Assembly: GCA_049322255.1 (NCBI GenBank)
Contig: JBMORE010000011.1
Span: 1-38,504 of the forward strand
DNA length: 38,504 nt
Reading direction: 5' to 3'
Source: Myxococcota bacterium
Lineage (GTDB): Bacteria; Myxococcota; Myxococcia; Myxococcales; Myxococcaceae
The position numbers and the translations under genes were made by a program. This document shows, one piece after another, positions 8,748 to 18,409 of the stretch. The notes beneath the pieces were generated by a model. That model was given only the letters and a program-made list of their open reading frames with translations, searched no databases and had not been told where the DNA came from. The first letter of the stretch is position 1; each line of letters starts with the position of its first letter.

Positions 8748-10535
8748 TCACCCGGCCGCGCGGGAAAGCCCTGCCTCGAGGAGCGCAGCGTAGCGGCCGT
8801 TTCGGGCCACCAGCTCGTCGTGGCTGCCTTGCTCCACCCACGCGCCTCCTTCGAGCACACAGATGACATCCGCGGCGCGCACGGTGGCCAGCCGGTGGGC
8901 GATGACCAGCACGGTACGGCCCTCCATCAGCTCGGCAAGCCCGGCCTGCACCTCTTGTTCCGAGGCGGCGTCGAGCGCCGAGGTGGGCTCGTCGAGCAAA
9001 AGAAGCGACGGCCGTCGCAAGAAGGCGCGGGCAATCGCCAGCCGCTGCCGCTGGCCCCCGGAGAGCCGCGCCCCCCGCTCGCCCACGTTCTCCTCCAGGC
9101 CCTGGGGGAACGCGCGCACGAAGTCGGCGGCGTACGCGCGGCGGAGCGCCTCCCACAGCTCGGGCTCGCCCGCCTCCGGCCGCGCCAGGAGCAGGTTTTG
9201 TCGCACGCTGCCAAAAAAGAGCACCGGTTCCTGGGGTACCCACGCCATCTGCGCGCGCAAGGAGGAACGGGAGAAGCACCGCAGCGGGACGCCGTCCCAA
9301 CGAATCTCTCCCCTCACCGGCGCCACGAAGCCCAGCAGCGCCGACACCACCGTCGACTTGCCCGCCCCTGATGCGCCCACCAGCGCCACCCGCTTGCCCG
9401 CGGGCACGGTCAGCGTCAGCCCGGCGAGGGCCTCGCGGGTGCCGTCGTAGGAGACGCGCACCGCATCGAGCTCCAGCGCGCGCGCCAAAGGGCCCGCGGC
9501 CTCGCCTTCGTCGGAGAGAGGAGGCTCGTCGGCGATTTCGAACAGGCGCTCGGCGGCCCCCACCCCTTGCGCTGCCTGGGCGAAGGTTCCCGAGAGCGCC
9601 TTGAGCGGCTGGTACATGAGCAACGCCGCGGCGAGGAAGGAGAGCAGCTTCTGGGCGAGCTGTGGCTCCGCGGCCACCGCAGAGGCGCCCCCCCAGATAG
9701 CGAGCGCGACCCCGACGATGCCCAGAAGCTCCAGCGTGGGAGTGAAGGCTCCCCGAAGGAAGAGCGAGCGGCGCATCGCCAGGAGGTAACGCGCTTGTTC
9801 CTCATCAAAGCGAGCGAGCGAGCGTTCCTCGCCTCGGTAGGCCAAGACGATGGGGAGGTTGTGCAGGCTCTCGGCGGAAAGCTCGGTGAGCTTCCCCAAG
9901 CTCGCCTGGGTGCGGGTGGCGACCTTTTTCACCGCGCGGGCAAAGCGCGCCACCGGGAGGGCCGCCGCCGGCAGCACCACGAACGCGAGCGCGAACAGCC
10001 GCAGGTCGATGGCCGCGCATACCCCCAGCAGGGCGCACAGCTGCACCGAGTCTTTGAGGTAACTGGCCAGCGCCTGGGTGACTGCGAACTCCACCTGGGC
10101 GACGTCGGCGGTGAAGCGCGACAAAAGCTCCCCCGAGTGCCGCGTCTCGAAAAAGCGCGGCGGAAGCCACAGCAGCCGCTCGTAGATTTGCCGGCGCAGG
10201 TCGGCCACCACCCGCTGCCCCACTGCCTGCATCCACCCGCCTTGCAGCCACTGCGCGCTCGCCTTCACCGCCGCTACCACCAAAAGCGAGAGGGGAAGCT
10301 TCCACGACAGGTCGGTTCCCGACAGTGCCCACGGGCCCACCTGCACCGGCGCCCCTTGGAGAACGCCGGTGAGCAGCGGGCCCATCGCGTACGCGTACGC
10401 GGCGGCGGCGGCGGCAGCGACGAGGGACAGCCCGAGCGCGCCTGCCACCCTCCACCGGTAGGGCCAGACGTAAGCGAGCAGGCGGCGGTAGGTGGAAAGG
10501 CGCGGCACCGGAGGCAATCTACTTTGCTCGCCCAT
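8748..10535 (-). CDS. ABC exporter, fused permease plus ATPase, MsbA-like
   Basis: Walker A GASGAGKST, signature LSGGQRQR, Walker B LLLDEPTSALD, H-loop IAHRL; N-terminal TM domain with SGELLSRFTADV. Confidence 0.93.
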   Translation of the reverse strand: MGEQSRLPPVPRLSTYRRLLAYVWPYRWRVAGALGLSLVAAAAAAAYAYAMGPLLTGVLQGAPVQVGPWALSGTDLSWKLPLSLLVVAAVKASAQWLQGGWMQAVGQRVVADLRRQIYERLLWLPPRFFETRHSGELLSRFTADVAQVEFAVTQALASYLKDSVQLCALLGVCAAIDLRLFALAFVVLPAAALPVARFARAVKKVATRTQASLGKLTELSAESLHNLPIVLAYRGEERSLARFDEEQARYLLAMRRSLFLRGAFTPTLELLGIVGVALAIWGGASAVAAEPQLAQKLLSFLAAALLMYQPLKALSGTFAQAAQGVGAAERLFEIADEPPLSDEGEAAGPLARALELDAVRVSYDGTREALAGLTLTVPAGKRVALVGASGAGKSTVVSALLGFVAPVRGEIRWDGVPLRCFSRSSLRAQMAWVPQEPVLFFGSVRQNLLLARPEAGEPELWEALRRAYAADFVRAFPQGLEENVGERGARLSGGQRQRLAIARAFLRRPSLLLLDEPTSALDAASEQEVQAGLAELMEGRTVLVIAHRLATVRAADVICVLEGGAWVEQGSHDELVARNGRYAALLEAGLSRAAG

Positions 10536-10634
10536 GGCGTGGCGCTTTGAACGCTCGGCTGCTCTGCGTGCCATCGGCCGAGGAAAGGGTTTACCAATTG
10601 CCGCCCGCAATCGAGCGGGTCACCTTTGAGCTCG

Positions 10635-11075
10635 ATGGACACCAACCGTGATTCCGAGGGCGTCTTCTCCCCGGGGTGTGAGCCGGTGGTGGAGGACGAC
10701 GAGCGGCGGCGCCTTTTGTGGCTGATGGCGGAGTACTTCCGCACCTTGGGCTACAGCGACATCAAGGCGCGCTTGCCGGGCTTCGTGCCCCCGCCGGTGC
10801 TCTCGGGCACCCTGGAGGACCACCGCCCCGACTTCACCTGCCGGCAGACCGACACCGCGAAGACGCCCATCATTCTGGAAATCGCCACCGCCACCAGCAT
10901 CGAAGACCCGCGCTCGGAGAACCGCTGGTCGCTGCTCGCCTCGGCGGCCAAGCTCTACAGCGCCGAGCTGCACTTCGTCATTCCCAAGTGGCACCCCAAC
11001 GGCGCGTTGGATCCGCTGTTGCGCCGGCGGCTGTCGCGGATGGACTTGGTGCCCAACCGAGTGTGGAACGTATAG
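10635..11075 (+). CDS. Conserved-looking hypothetical protein with PD-(D/E)xK-like motif
   Basis: RPDFTC...IILEI pattern; good codon bias; 26 bp upstream of dnaJ. Confidence 0.6.
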   Translation: MDTNRDSEGVFSPGCEPVVEDDERRRLLWLMAEYFRTLGYSDIKARLPGFVPPPVLSGTLEDHRPDFTCRQTDTAKTPIILEIATATSIEDPRSENRWSLLASAAKLYSAELHFVIPKWHPNGALDPLLRRRLSRMDLVPNRVWNV

Positions 11076-11101
11076 GCCGCTCCGGTTAAAAGGTGCCGGA
11101 C

Positions 11102-12211
11102 ATGGCGTCTGGCACCAAGCGCGACTACTACGAGATTCTCGGAGTCGACCGCACCGTCGATGCGGCGGCGCTCAAGAGCGCGTACCGCAAGGTGGCGCTC
11201 CAGTACCACCCCGACAGGAACCCCGGCGACCAGCAGGCCGAGGAGAAGTTCAAGGAGGCTTCCGAGGCCTACGAGGTGCTCTCCGACCCGGAGAAGCGCG
11301 CCCGCTACGACCGCTTCGGCCACGCAGGCAATGCCTTCGAGGGCTTCGGCGGTGCGGGCTTCGCCGGCGTCAACATCAACGACATCTTTGGTGACATCTT
11401 CGGCGACATCTTCGGAGGGCGCGGCCGGCGCGGTGGACGTGGGCGAGGGGCCGACCTTCGCTACAATCTGGAAATCTCTTTCGAGGAGGCGGCCTTCGGT
11501 TGCGAGGTGAAGGTCAAGATTCCCCGCCTCAAGCGCTGCGAGGTCTGCGAAGGCACCGGCTCCAAGTCCAAGCAGGTGCGTACCTGCCCCACCTGCGGCG
11601 GCGCCGGCGAGCTGCGTTTCACGCAGGGCTTCTTCTCGGTGTCCCGCCCCTGCACCCAGTGCGGCGGCTCGGGCCAGGCGGTGACCGACCCTTGTGGCAC
11701 TTGCCGCGGCAGTGGCCGGGTGCAGAGCGAGAGCGAGCTGTCGGTGAAGATTCCCTCCGGGGTGGACACCGGCACCCGGGTACGCTTGGCCGGGGAAGGA
11801 GAGCCGGGCGACTTCGGGGGTCCGCCGGGTGACTTGTACGTGGTGGTGCACGTCAAGGAACACCCGCTCTTCGTGCGTGAGGACTACGAAGTGTTGTGCG
11901 AGGTGCCCATCTCCTTCACTCAAGCGGCGCTGGGAGCGCAAATCGACGTCCCCACTCTGGAGGGGAAGGTGAAGATGAAGGTCCCCGCCGGTACCCAGAC
12001 GGGCAAGGTCTTCCGCCTCAAGGGCAAGGGCATTCCCCACCTGCACGGAGGCGGGCGGGGAGACCAGCACGTGCGCGTGACGGTGGAGACGCCCACCGAC
12101 CTCTCCTCCAGGCAACGCGAGCTGCTCGAGGCGTTCGCCGCCATCAGCGGAGAAGAAACCCACCCCCAGTCGAAGAGCTTCTTCGCCAAGGTGCGCGAGT
12201 TGTTCGGCTAG
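11102..12211 (+). CDS. dnaJ: Molecular chaperone DnaJ (class A)
   Basis: J domain with HPD, G/F region with DIF repeats, four CxxCxGxG zinc-finger repeats, C-terminal domain. Confidence 0.98.
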   Translation: MASGTKRDYYEILGVDRTVDAAALKSAYRKVALQYHPDRNPGDQQAEEKFKEASEAYEVLSDPEKRARYDRFGHAGNAFEGFGGAGFAGVNINDIFGDIFGDIFGGRGRRGGRGRGADLRYNLEISFEEAAFGCEVKVKIPRLKRCEVCEGTGSKSKQVRTCPTCGGAGELRFTQGFFSVSRPCTQCGGSGQAVTDPCGTCRGSGRVQSESELSVKIPSGVDTGTRVRLAGEGEPGDFGGPPGDLYVVVHVKEHPLFVREDYEVLCEVPISFTQAALGAQIDVPTLEGKVKMKVPAGTQTGKVFRLKGKGIPHLHGGGRGDQHVRVTVETPTDLSSRQRELLEAFAAISGEETHPQSKSFFAKVRELFG

Positions 12212-12239
12212 GTAGGTCGATGTTTACAATAGAGAACGT

Positions 12240-13472
12240 ATGCGCCTCTGGCTCGCCCTCACGGTGTGCACCTTCTGGGTGTGGGGGTGTACCTGCGGCG
12301 CAAAAGCGACGTGCGCGACGTGGCGCGACTGTCCCTCCGAAGCCGTGTGCCTCTTCAACGGCACCTGCGCGGCCCGGTGCGGCCCCGACCAGTCGTGCGG
12401 AGCGGGAATGCGCTGCTCGGCGGCGGGAGGCTGTATCGACGAGGCCAGCTGCGGCGCCGACGAGGACTGTGAGGCAGGTCACATCTGCACCCCTGGAGGT
12501 TGCACGCTGGGCTGCGAGGAGCGCGGCTGCCTGGGGCACCAGGTGTGTGGGGCGCACGGCCGCTGTGTCACCCCTCCCCCAGACGGAGGCATCGGCGAGG
12601 AGGTGTGTGGTGGCTCGACCTTCAGCGCGACTCGCCGGCCGGCCAACGTGCTTTTTCTGCTCGACGACTCTGGCAGCATGAGTGAGCCCATTTCCAGCAG
12701 GGCGACGAAGTGGTCTGCGGCGACCAGCGCGGTCAGGGCGGTGGCCACCGCCGCGCAAGACGTGGTGCGCTTCGGGCTGGTGCGTTTTCCTGGGCAGGGC
12801 ACAGACTGCCTGGTGTCGGTGGTAGACGTGCCGGTGGCGACCCAGAGCGCCGGCGACATCGCCGCGGCGCTGCGCCGCCCGCCCAGAGGGCCTACTCCCA
12901 TGGCGTCGGCGCTGCAGTTGGCCGCCACCGTGCCGCAGCTCGCCGAGAAAGACGTGCCCGCGCTGGTGATGCTCATCACCGACGGCTATGAAACCTGTGA
13001 AGGCGACCCGGTGGCCGCTACCCGCGACCTCCATGACGCGGGCGTGCGTACCTTCGCGGTGGGCTTTGGCAGAGGAGTCATTCCTTCGCGGCTCACCGAG
13101 ATTGCCCTTGCGGGTGGCACGGCGCGCGCGGGGAGCACCAAGTACTACCAAGCCGACACCGCGCGGCAGCTTCTGACCGCCCTTGATTCGGTGACCGCCT
13201 CGGCGCTGGAGTGCGACTTCGACTTGGAGGACGTTCCGCCCGACCTCGAGCGGCTGCACGTGTTCGTCAACGGCAAGGTGGCGCCTTACGACTCCTCGGG
13301 GGTCGAAGGCTGGCGCTACGACGAGGTGAACAACCGCATCACCTTCCACGGCAACCTGTGCATGCAGGTCAAGGCCAGCGTCAGCGCCAAGGTGAGCATT
13401 CTGTGGGGCTGCCCGCCGCTGGAGACGCAAGGCTCTAGCGGCAGCACCGACGGCGGCCTCAAGTCACAGTAA
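12240..13472 (+). CDS. Cys-rich vWA-domain lipoprotein, resembling CglB-family proteins
   Basis: Lipobox VWGC; Cys-rich repeats; MIDAS DDSGS, TPMASAL, LITDG, TFAVGFG; C-terminal ITFHGNLC...WGCP. Confidence 0.8.
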   Translation: MRLWLALTVCTFWVWGCTCGAKATCATWRDCPSEAVCLFNGTCAARCGPDQSCGAGMRCSAAGGCIDEASCGADEDCEAGHICTPGGCTLGCEERGCLGHQVCGAHGRCVTPPPDGGIGEEVCGGSTFSATRRPANVLFLLDDSGSMSEPISSRATKWSAATSAVRAVATAAQDVVRFGLVRFPGQGTDCLVSVVDVPVATQSAGDIAAALRRPPRGPTPMASALQLAATVPQLAEKDVPALVMLITDGYETCEGDPVAATRDLHDAGVRTFAVGFGRGVIPSRLTEIALAGGTARAGSTKYYQADTARQLLTALDSVTASALECDFDLEDVPPDLERLHVFVNGKVAPYDSSGVEGWRYDEVNNRITFHGNLCMQVKASVSAKVSILWGCPPLETQGSSGSTDGGLKSQ

Positions 13473-13493
13473 GGCGTTGGGAAAGCTCGAGTT

Positions 13494-13508
13494 GGGCATC
13501 GGTCTTGG
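13494..13508 (+). promoter_or_regulatory. Possible sigma54 (-24/-12) promoter
   Basis: GGGCATCGGTCTTGG gives GG-N10-GG, an imperfect TGGCAC-N5-TTGC, about 20 bp before ATG 13529. Confidence 0.3.
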
Positions 13509-13528
13509 TGAATGCCTACCTTCATGCC

Positions 13529-14104
13529 ATGCAGATTCCACTCGAGATTTCCTACCGCGACATCGAACCCTCCGCCGCCATGGACGTCGCCGTGCGCGCG
13601 AAGGCGGCATGGTTGGAGCGCTTCTTTCCGCGCATCGTCGGCTGCCACGTGACGATTGAACGCCCGGGACAGCACCACCATCGGCACGGGAAAGGCGCGC
13701 ATTTCCGCGTTCGCATCGAGCTCGCCGTTCCCGGCGGCCTCTTGGTCGTCGGGCGTGACCCCGCGCGCGCCAAGACGCACGAGGACGCATACCTCGCCAT
13801 CCACGAGGCCTTTCGTGCGATGCGTCGCCAGCTCCAAGACCACGTTCGAAAGCTGCGCGGGGACGTCAAGACACACGTCGGTCCGGCGCGCGCCCGCGTC
13901 GCCACGCTGTTCCGGGAGCGGGGGTACGGCTTCCTCGCCACCGAGGAAGGGCGGGAAATCTACTTTCACCGGGCGAGCGTGCTGGGCGATGCCTTCGACC
14001 GGCTCGAGGTGGGTGACGAGGTGCGGTTCGTCGAAGAGGTGGGTGACGAGGGCCCGCAGGCCAGCACCGTCGAGCGACCGGGCGCTCCGGCCGGGAGCCT
14101 TTAG
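13529..14104 (+). CDS. HPF/RaiA family ribosome-associated protein fused to a cold-shock domain
   Basis: MQIPLEISYR...HEDAYLAIHEAFRAMRRQL (HPF); GYGFLATEEGREIYFHRASV...GPQASTV (CSD RNP motifs). Confidence 0.92.
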   Translation: MQIPLEISYRDIEPSAAMDVAVRAKAAWLERFFPRIVGCHVTIERPGQHHHRHGKGAHFRVRIELAVPGGLLVVGRDPARAKTHEDAYLAIHEAFRAMRRQLQDHVRKLRGDVKTHVGPARARVATLFRERGYGFLATEEGREIYFHRASVLGDAFDRLEVGDEVRFVEEVGDEGPQASTVERPGAPAGSL

Positions 14105-14179
14105 CCAAAGCGTCGAGAAGTCGAACGTCGTGTGTGAAAACGCTTGAGCCGAAAGTGCGAGGCTCTACCGTCCGCTTTC

Positions 14180-15238
14180 ATGGCTGCTCGCGCCCTTGCG
14201 CTGAGGATAGGCCCTTGTCTTTTGGCGCTGTCGTATCCCTTTCGGGCCGAGGCCGCCATCGACGCACGAATCTTCGGGCACGTCGACTTCGGCCTCGAGC
14301 GAGACGACGCCGGAAATGTTCGTTACGCGTTTCAGGTGCCGGAGCTCGACTTGTTCGCAACCGCCAACGGCGGCCGGTGGAGCTTTCTGGGCGAGATCGA
14401 CCTCGAGTACCTCGACACCACGCTGACCGTCGACTTGGAGCGGGTGGAGGTGGGGTACCAGTTCTTCGACGCGTTCAGAGTGCGGGCGGGTCGGTTCCAC
14501 ACCGCTCTGGGCTACTACAACGACGCGTATCATCACGGTGACTTCTTCCTGGTGAGCACCGACAGACCGTTAGCGCTGCAGTTCGAGGATGAAGGAGGGC
14601 TGTTCCCCTCGCACGCGGTCGGTCTTCACTTCGACGGACGGGTGGGTCTGGGGACCGCCGGCAAGCTTCGGTACGACGCCGAGCTGGCCAACGGGCGGGG
14701 AATGCGGCCCGATGAGGTCACCAACGTTCTCGATCCGAACCGCGCCAAGGCGTTCAACCTTCGATTGCGCTTCGAGCCCGCGTGGCCGGCAGGTCTGCTC
14801 GTCGGTGGTCAGCTCTACCGCGACGACATTCGGCTCGAGGAGCCCGAGTCGCGCCAGTTGGTGGAGTGGATAGGCGGAGGCCACCTCGCCTACCTCGAAG
14901 CGCCGCTGCACTTCATCGCGGAGCTCGCGGTCATCCACCACCGCGACGATGCCGCTGCCGCCACTTTTCAGACGCTGACGGGGTCGGTGGAGGCTGCCTA
15001 TCTGGTGTGGGGCGGCCTTCGTCCCTACCTGCGCTACGAGCGCGTCTCGGCTCCCGCCAGCCCCGACCCCTTCTTCGCTTCAGGGAGACTGGCGCGGCTC
15101 GGAAGCTTTCACGCTGTGACTTTGGGCTTGAATTGGAGCGGCGAAAACGTCGCTCTCAAGCTGGAGGGGCAACGGGTGTTCTCGGACCAGGGGGGGAACT
15201 TCGATTCGCTAACCACACAGTGCGCCTTCGGGTTCTGA
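14180..15238 (+). CDS. Outer-membrane beta-barrel, porin-like
   Basis: Signal peptide; amphipathic beta strands; DLERVEVGY and VRAGRFHTALGYYN motifs; C-terminal Phe (AFGF). Start uncertain. Confidence 0.75.
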   Translation: MAARALALRIGPCLLALSYPFRAEAAIDARIFGHVDFGLERDDAGNVRYAFQVPELDLFATANGGRWSFLGEIDLEYLDTTLTVDLERVEVGYQFFDAFRVRAGRFHTALGYYNDAYHHGDFFLVSTDRPLALQFEDEGGLFPSHAVGLHFDGRVGLGTAGKLRYDAELANGRGMRPDEVTNVLDPNRAKAFNLRLRFEPAWPAGLLVGGQLYRDDIRLEEPESRQLVEWIGGGHLAYLEAPLHFIAELAVIHHRDDAAAATFQTLTGSVEAAYLVWGGLRPYLRYERVSAPASPDPFFASGRLARLGSFHAVTLGLNWSGENVALKLEGQRVFSDQGGNFDSLTTQCAFGF

Positions 15239-15248
15239 CGCCTTGCCT

Positions 15249-15698
15249 ATGAGCACCCTCGCCTCGTGTACAGTCTGTCTGACCTTCGGCTGGTTGGTGC
15301 TGAGGGCGGGGAGCGCCAGCGCCTCCGAGACGTTCGTCCTCATCCGAAACTCGGAGAACCCCACTTCTACGCTGAGCCAAAAGCAGCTTCGGGCGATGGC
15401 GGTGGGGGAAGTGAAAGAATGGGACCAAGCGGGGCCACTTCAATGGGTGGTGCTGGAAGAGCCAGGCGCGGACATCGAGTGGCTGGCGAGGGAGGTTTTC
15501 GGAATTCCGGCGGCGGCGCTCCGACGCAAGATGAAGCTGGAAGTGTTCAGGGGCGAGCTTCGACCGCCGCGGACCGCCTCCAGCGAGGCCGAGGTGATTG
15601 ACAAGGTACGCCACAACCGGGGAGCGCTTGCTTTGGTGAGCTCCGAGACAAGCAAGGCCCTGCCCGAGGGAGTGGCAACGATTCAGCTCACGGACTGA
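15249..15698 (+). CDS. Small periplasmic PBP-like protein (phosphate-ABC substrate-binding-like, single domain)
   Basis: Signal peptide; LIRNSENPTSTLSQKQL...W and SEAEVIDKVRHNRGALALV motifs; 10 bp after the porin gene. Confidence 0.7.
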   Translation: MSTLASCTVCLTFGWLVLRAGSASASETFVLIRNSENPTSTLSQKQLRAMAVGEVKEWDQAGPLQWVVLEEPGADIEWLAREVFGIPAAALRRKMKLEVFRGELRPPRTASSEAEVIDKVRHNRGALALVSSETSKALPEGVATIQLTD

Positions 15699-17100
15699 CG
15701 GGAAGACCGATCGGCCAGCGGGGCAGAAAAATACGAAAGGCGGTTCCCCTCTTCTCGTCGCTCTCCACCTCGAGCCTGCCGTCGTGCGAATCGACCAGGC
15801 GCTTCACCGTGGCCAGTCCCAGCCCGTAGCCGCCGCCCAGGGTGGTACCTCGGTAGAATGGTTGAAAAAGCATGGGCATCAGCTCTGGAGGAATGCCGAC
15901 GCCCGTATCGGTGACGGTGAGGAGGACCTGGCGATCTGCGGCTTTGGCGCTCACCTCGACGCGGCGGGGCCCCTCTTCGCGCAAGTATTTCATCGCGTTG
16001 TCCAGGAGATTCCCCATCAGAGAGCGCAAGAGCACCGGGCTCATGGCCACCTCCAACTCCCGCGGAGCTTGCACCACGAGCTCGATGCCCCGCTCGCTCG
16101 CTCTGGGCTGGCACTCGGCCTCCAATTCCAAGAGGACCTCGCGAACGCTGACGTGCGCCCCACGTTCAGGTCGAGCCCCGCTTTGAGCGAAGGCGAGCAT
16201 CGTTGAAATCAGCGCGTCCAGACGTGACAGGCTTCGCTGCGCTCGGGCGAGCACTTCGTCGCTGCGTGCGCGCGCACCCGGAAGGAGCGCGAGCTCCAGG
16301 GCCGTGCGCAGAGCTTGCAGCGGGTTGCGAAGATCATGGGCCACTCGGGAGGCGAAAGCCTCGAGCTCGCTGGCGCGCGCTTCGGCTCCCACGCGGCGTT
16401 CTTGCACGTCCGAGTCGTAGCGTCGCCCGGTGCGTAAGAAGATCGCCAACAAGACGGCGGCACTGATACTGGCGACGACCGCCAGGGTGGTGTTGGCCCG
16501 GCTGGTGCGGCGAAGCGCCAAAAGCTCGTTCTTGGCCGCGTCGCGGGTCTCGCTGGTCTCCAGCTCCATGAGGCGTTGGAAAGCTCCATAGGTCCAAAAT
16601 TCCATTTCCCCTGCGTCGGCCAGGTGCTTGCCCGCAGACGGCCCGTCACCCCGGCGAGCCGCCTCGAGCGCGCGGTCGATGTGTTGGTGCAGCTCGTTCA
16701 TCGCCGAGCGGATGTCCCGCCAGTCGCGAGAGGTCACCAGCTCACGAGGATGACGTTCCTCGTAGGCTGCCGCGGCGGCGAGGCTGTCGTTGAACGCACG
16801 GGAGATAAGATGTTCGAGCTCGGGCCGGTCGCGCGGAGAATCCACATACGAGCGGGCCCAGGCGCGAATGCGGAACTGCTCGTTTCGGAGCGTGTTCAAG
16901 ACTTCGAGGTCGCGCGTGGTGCTCTGGAAGATTTCCATCGTGCCGTCGGAGAGCTGGACGATCCGATAGACCGCGACGATGTTGAGCCCGGCCAGGCCGA
17001 CGAGCAAAGCGACGAAGGAAGCGACCAACGCCACGATCGCCTGGCGCCGCCTCGTCAGCGATGACCCACCCCACAAGGGGGCGGCGGAGGGTTTGGGCAT
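15688..17100 (-). CDS. Membrane sensor histidine kinase (2 TM, four-helix-bundle-like periplasmic domain, HisKA, HATPase_c)
   Basis: H box VAHDLRNPL, N box NLLDNAMKY, G1 DTGVGI, F box LFQPF, G2 GYGLGLA; the likely start is ATG 17100. Confidence 0.92.
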   Translation of the reverse strand: MPKPSAAPLWGGSSLTRRRQAIVALVASFVALLVGLAGLNIVAVYRIVQLSDGTMEIFQSTTRDLEVLNTLRNEQFRIRAWARSYVDSPRDRPELEHLISRAFNDSLAAAAAYEERHPRELVTSRDWRDIRSAMNELHQHIDRALEAARRGDGPSAGKHLADAGEMEFWTYGAFQRLMELETSETRDAAKNELLALRRTSRANTTLAVVASISAAVLLAIFLRTGRRYDSDVQERRVGAEARASELEAFASRVAHDLRNPLQALRTALELALLPGARARSDEVLARAQRSLSRLDALISTMLAFAQSGARPERGAHVSVREVLLELEAECQPRASERGIELVVQAPRELEVAMSPVLLRSLMGNLLDNAMKYLREEGPRRVEVSAKAADRQVLLTVTDTGVGIPPELMPMLFQPFYRGTTLGGGYGLGLATVKRLVDSHDGRLEVESDEKRGTAFRIFLPRWPIGLPVSP

Positions 17101-17120
17101 GAGCCAAACATAGGCGGATC

Positions 17121-17597
17121 TCAGTGCGGAAACAGCGCCGGCCGCTCGGGACGGGCGATGCGCCGAATCGGCTTCCACTTCGAACCGTGCTGCGGTTTCC
17201 AGCGGCCGGACAGCCGCGCCGCCGGTTCGCCTCCCCGGCCGAGCAAATCCAGCAGATCGGTGAGGGTGACGATGCCGACCAGCTTGCCGCCTTCGACGAC
17301 GGGTAGACAGCCGATGGTCCTGGCGCGCAGCAGGTTCGCCGCCTGGCGAACGGTGGTGGTCGGGCTGGCCGTCACCGCCGCCGGGCTCATCCACTCCCCC
17401 ACCGTGGTGCCGCGCCGCTGGGAAGCGCCCTTGGGGCCTCCCAGGTCGCGCTGCGACAAGATGCCGACGATGCGCCGGTCTTCTTGCACCACCAGGTGTC
17501 TGATGCGCTGCACGCGCATCTTGTGAAAGGCCTGTTCGGCGTCGTCGTTCGGTGACGCGGTCTGTACGTCGGTGGTCATTATCTCGTGAAGCCGCAT
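17121..17597 (-). CDS. CBS-domain pair protein
   Basis: IMTTDV..., IRHLVV...VGILSQRDL, IGCLPVVEGGKLVGIVTLTDLL; AAGGAG RBS. Confidence 0.92.
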   Translation of the reverse strand: MRLHEIMTTDVQTASPNDDAEQAFHKMRVQRIRHLVVQEDRRIVGILSQRDLGGPKGASQRRGTTVGEWMSPAAVTASPTTTVRQAANLLRARTIGCLPVVEGGKLVGIVTLTDLLDLLGRGGEPAARLSGRWKPQHGSKWKPIRRIARPERPALFPH

Positions 17598-17608
17598 GTC
17601 CCACTCCT

Positions 17609-18280
17609 TCAGATTGTCTCCACGGGCGCTTCCTGGGCGAGCCTTCGTGCGCGCGCCTGCGTCAGCAAGGCGACGACCTCCTCGTCCGGCACCTGGCTGA
17701 AGTCGTCGTACCAGGCACCGATGGCGTATAGGTACGGGGTGGGCTCCAGGCAGACCGCCTCGTCCGCGAGGCCCTCGAACTGGGGGAGCACGCTCGTCGC
17801 GGCCACCGGCACCGCCAGCACCAGTTTCCTCGGCCCCAGCGCGCGCAGTGACTGGAGGGCGGCGCGCATCGTGCCTCCGGTGGCAATACCGTCATCGACG
17901 ACAATCACCGTGCGGTCCCGTATGGCGGGCGTCGCGCCGCCCGGCCGAAACCGCTGCACCCGCTCGGCGACCTCGGCTTCCTTCGCTTTCGCCGCCGCCT
18001 CGACCTCCTCGGCGGACATCCCCACCGAACGCGTGGACTCTTCGTCGATGACCCGCACGCCCCCTTCGGCGACCGCTCCCACGCCGAATTCTGGAAAGTC
18101 AGGGGCGCCCAGCTTCCGGACGACCCAGACATCCAAGGGAGCCTCGAGCGCCCGCGCGACTTCATTCGCCACGGGAACGCCTCCACGCGGCAGGCCGAGC
18201 ACCAGTGGACGCTCGGTTCGGTAGGAGGACAGGCGACCAGCGAGGCGCCGGCCAGCATCGATACGGTCTACGAATCGCAA
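17609..18280 (-). CDS. Phosphoribosyltransferase (type I PRTase, uncharacterised subfamily)
   Basis: F.DR.DAG..LA, LGLPRGGVPVA, PRPP loop VIVVDDGIATGGT, IGAWYDDFSQV. Confidence 0.92.
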   Translation of the reverse strand: MRFVDRIDAGRRLAGRLSSYRTERPLVLGLPRGGVPVANEVARALEAPLDVWVVRKLGAPDFPEFGVGAVAEGGVRVIDEESTRSVGMSAEEVEAAAKAKEAEVAERVQRFRPGGATPAIRDRTVIVVDDGIATGGTMRAALQSLRALGPRKLVLAVPVAATSVLPQFEGLADEAVCLEPTPYLYAIGAWYDDFSQVPDEEVVALLTQARARRLAQEAPVETI

Positions 18281-18409
18281 ATGCGCTTCCCTTCTTTCGT
18301 CAAAACTTCGGCACGCTGGGCCCCGCGAGCCACCGTCCTGATGCCAGGGACACGGCCTTCGCCCGCTCGGCCGTCGCTTTCAGCGGTGAATGCGCATGCT
18401 TCTTTCGCC

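Noticed and set aside
17101..17604. N-terminal extension of the histidine kinase ORF, suggesting a CBS-kinase fusion or frameshift
   Set aside because: The extension is an alternate-frame read of the CBS gene, which has its own RBS and stop; no slippery site was seen.
18281..18409. Sigma54 or FNR-type sites in the divergent PRTase/MAT intergenic region
   Set aside because: Only half-matches (e.g. TGGCATC on the minus strand without a -12 TTGC); too weak to call.
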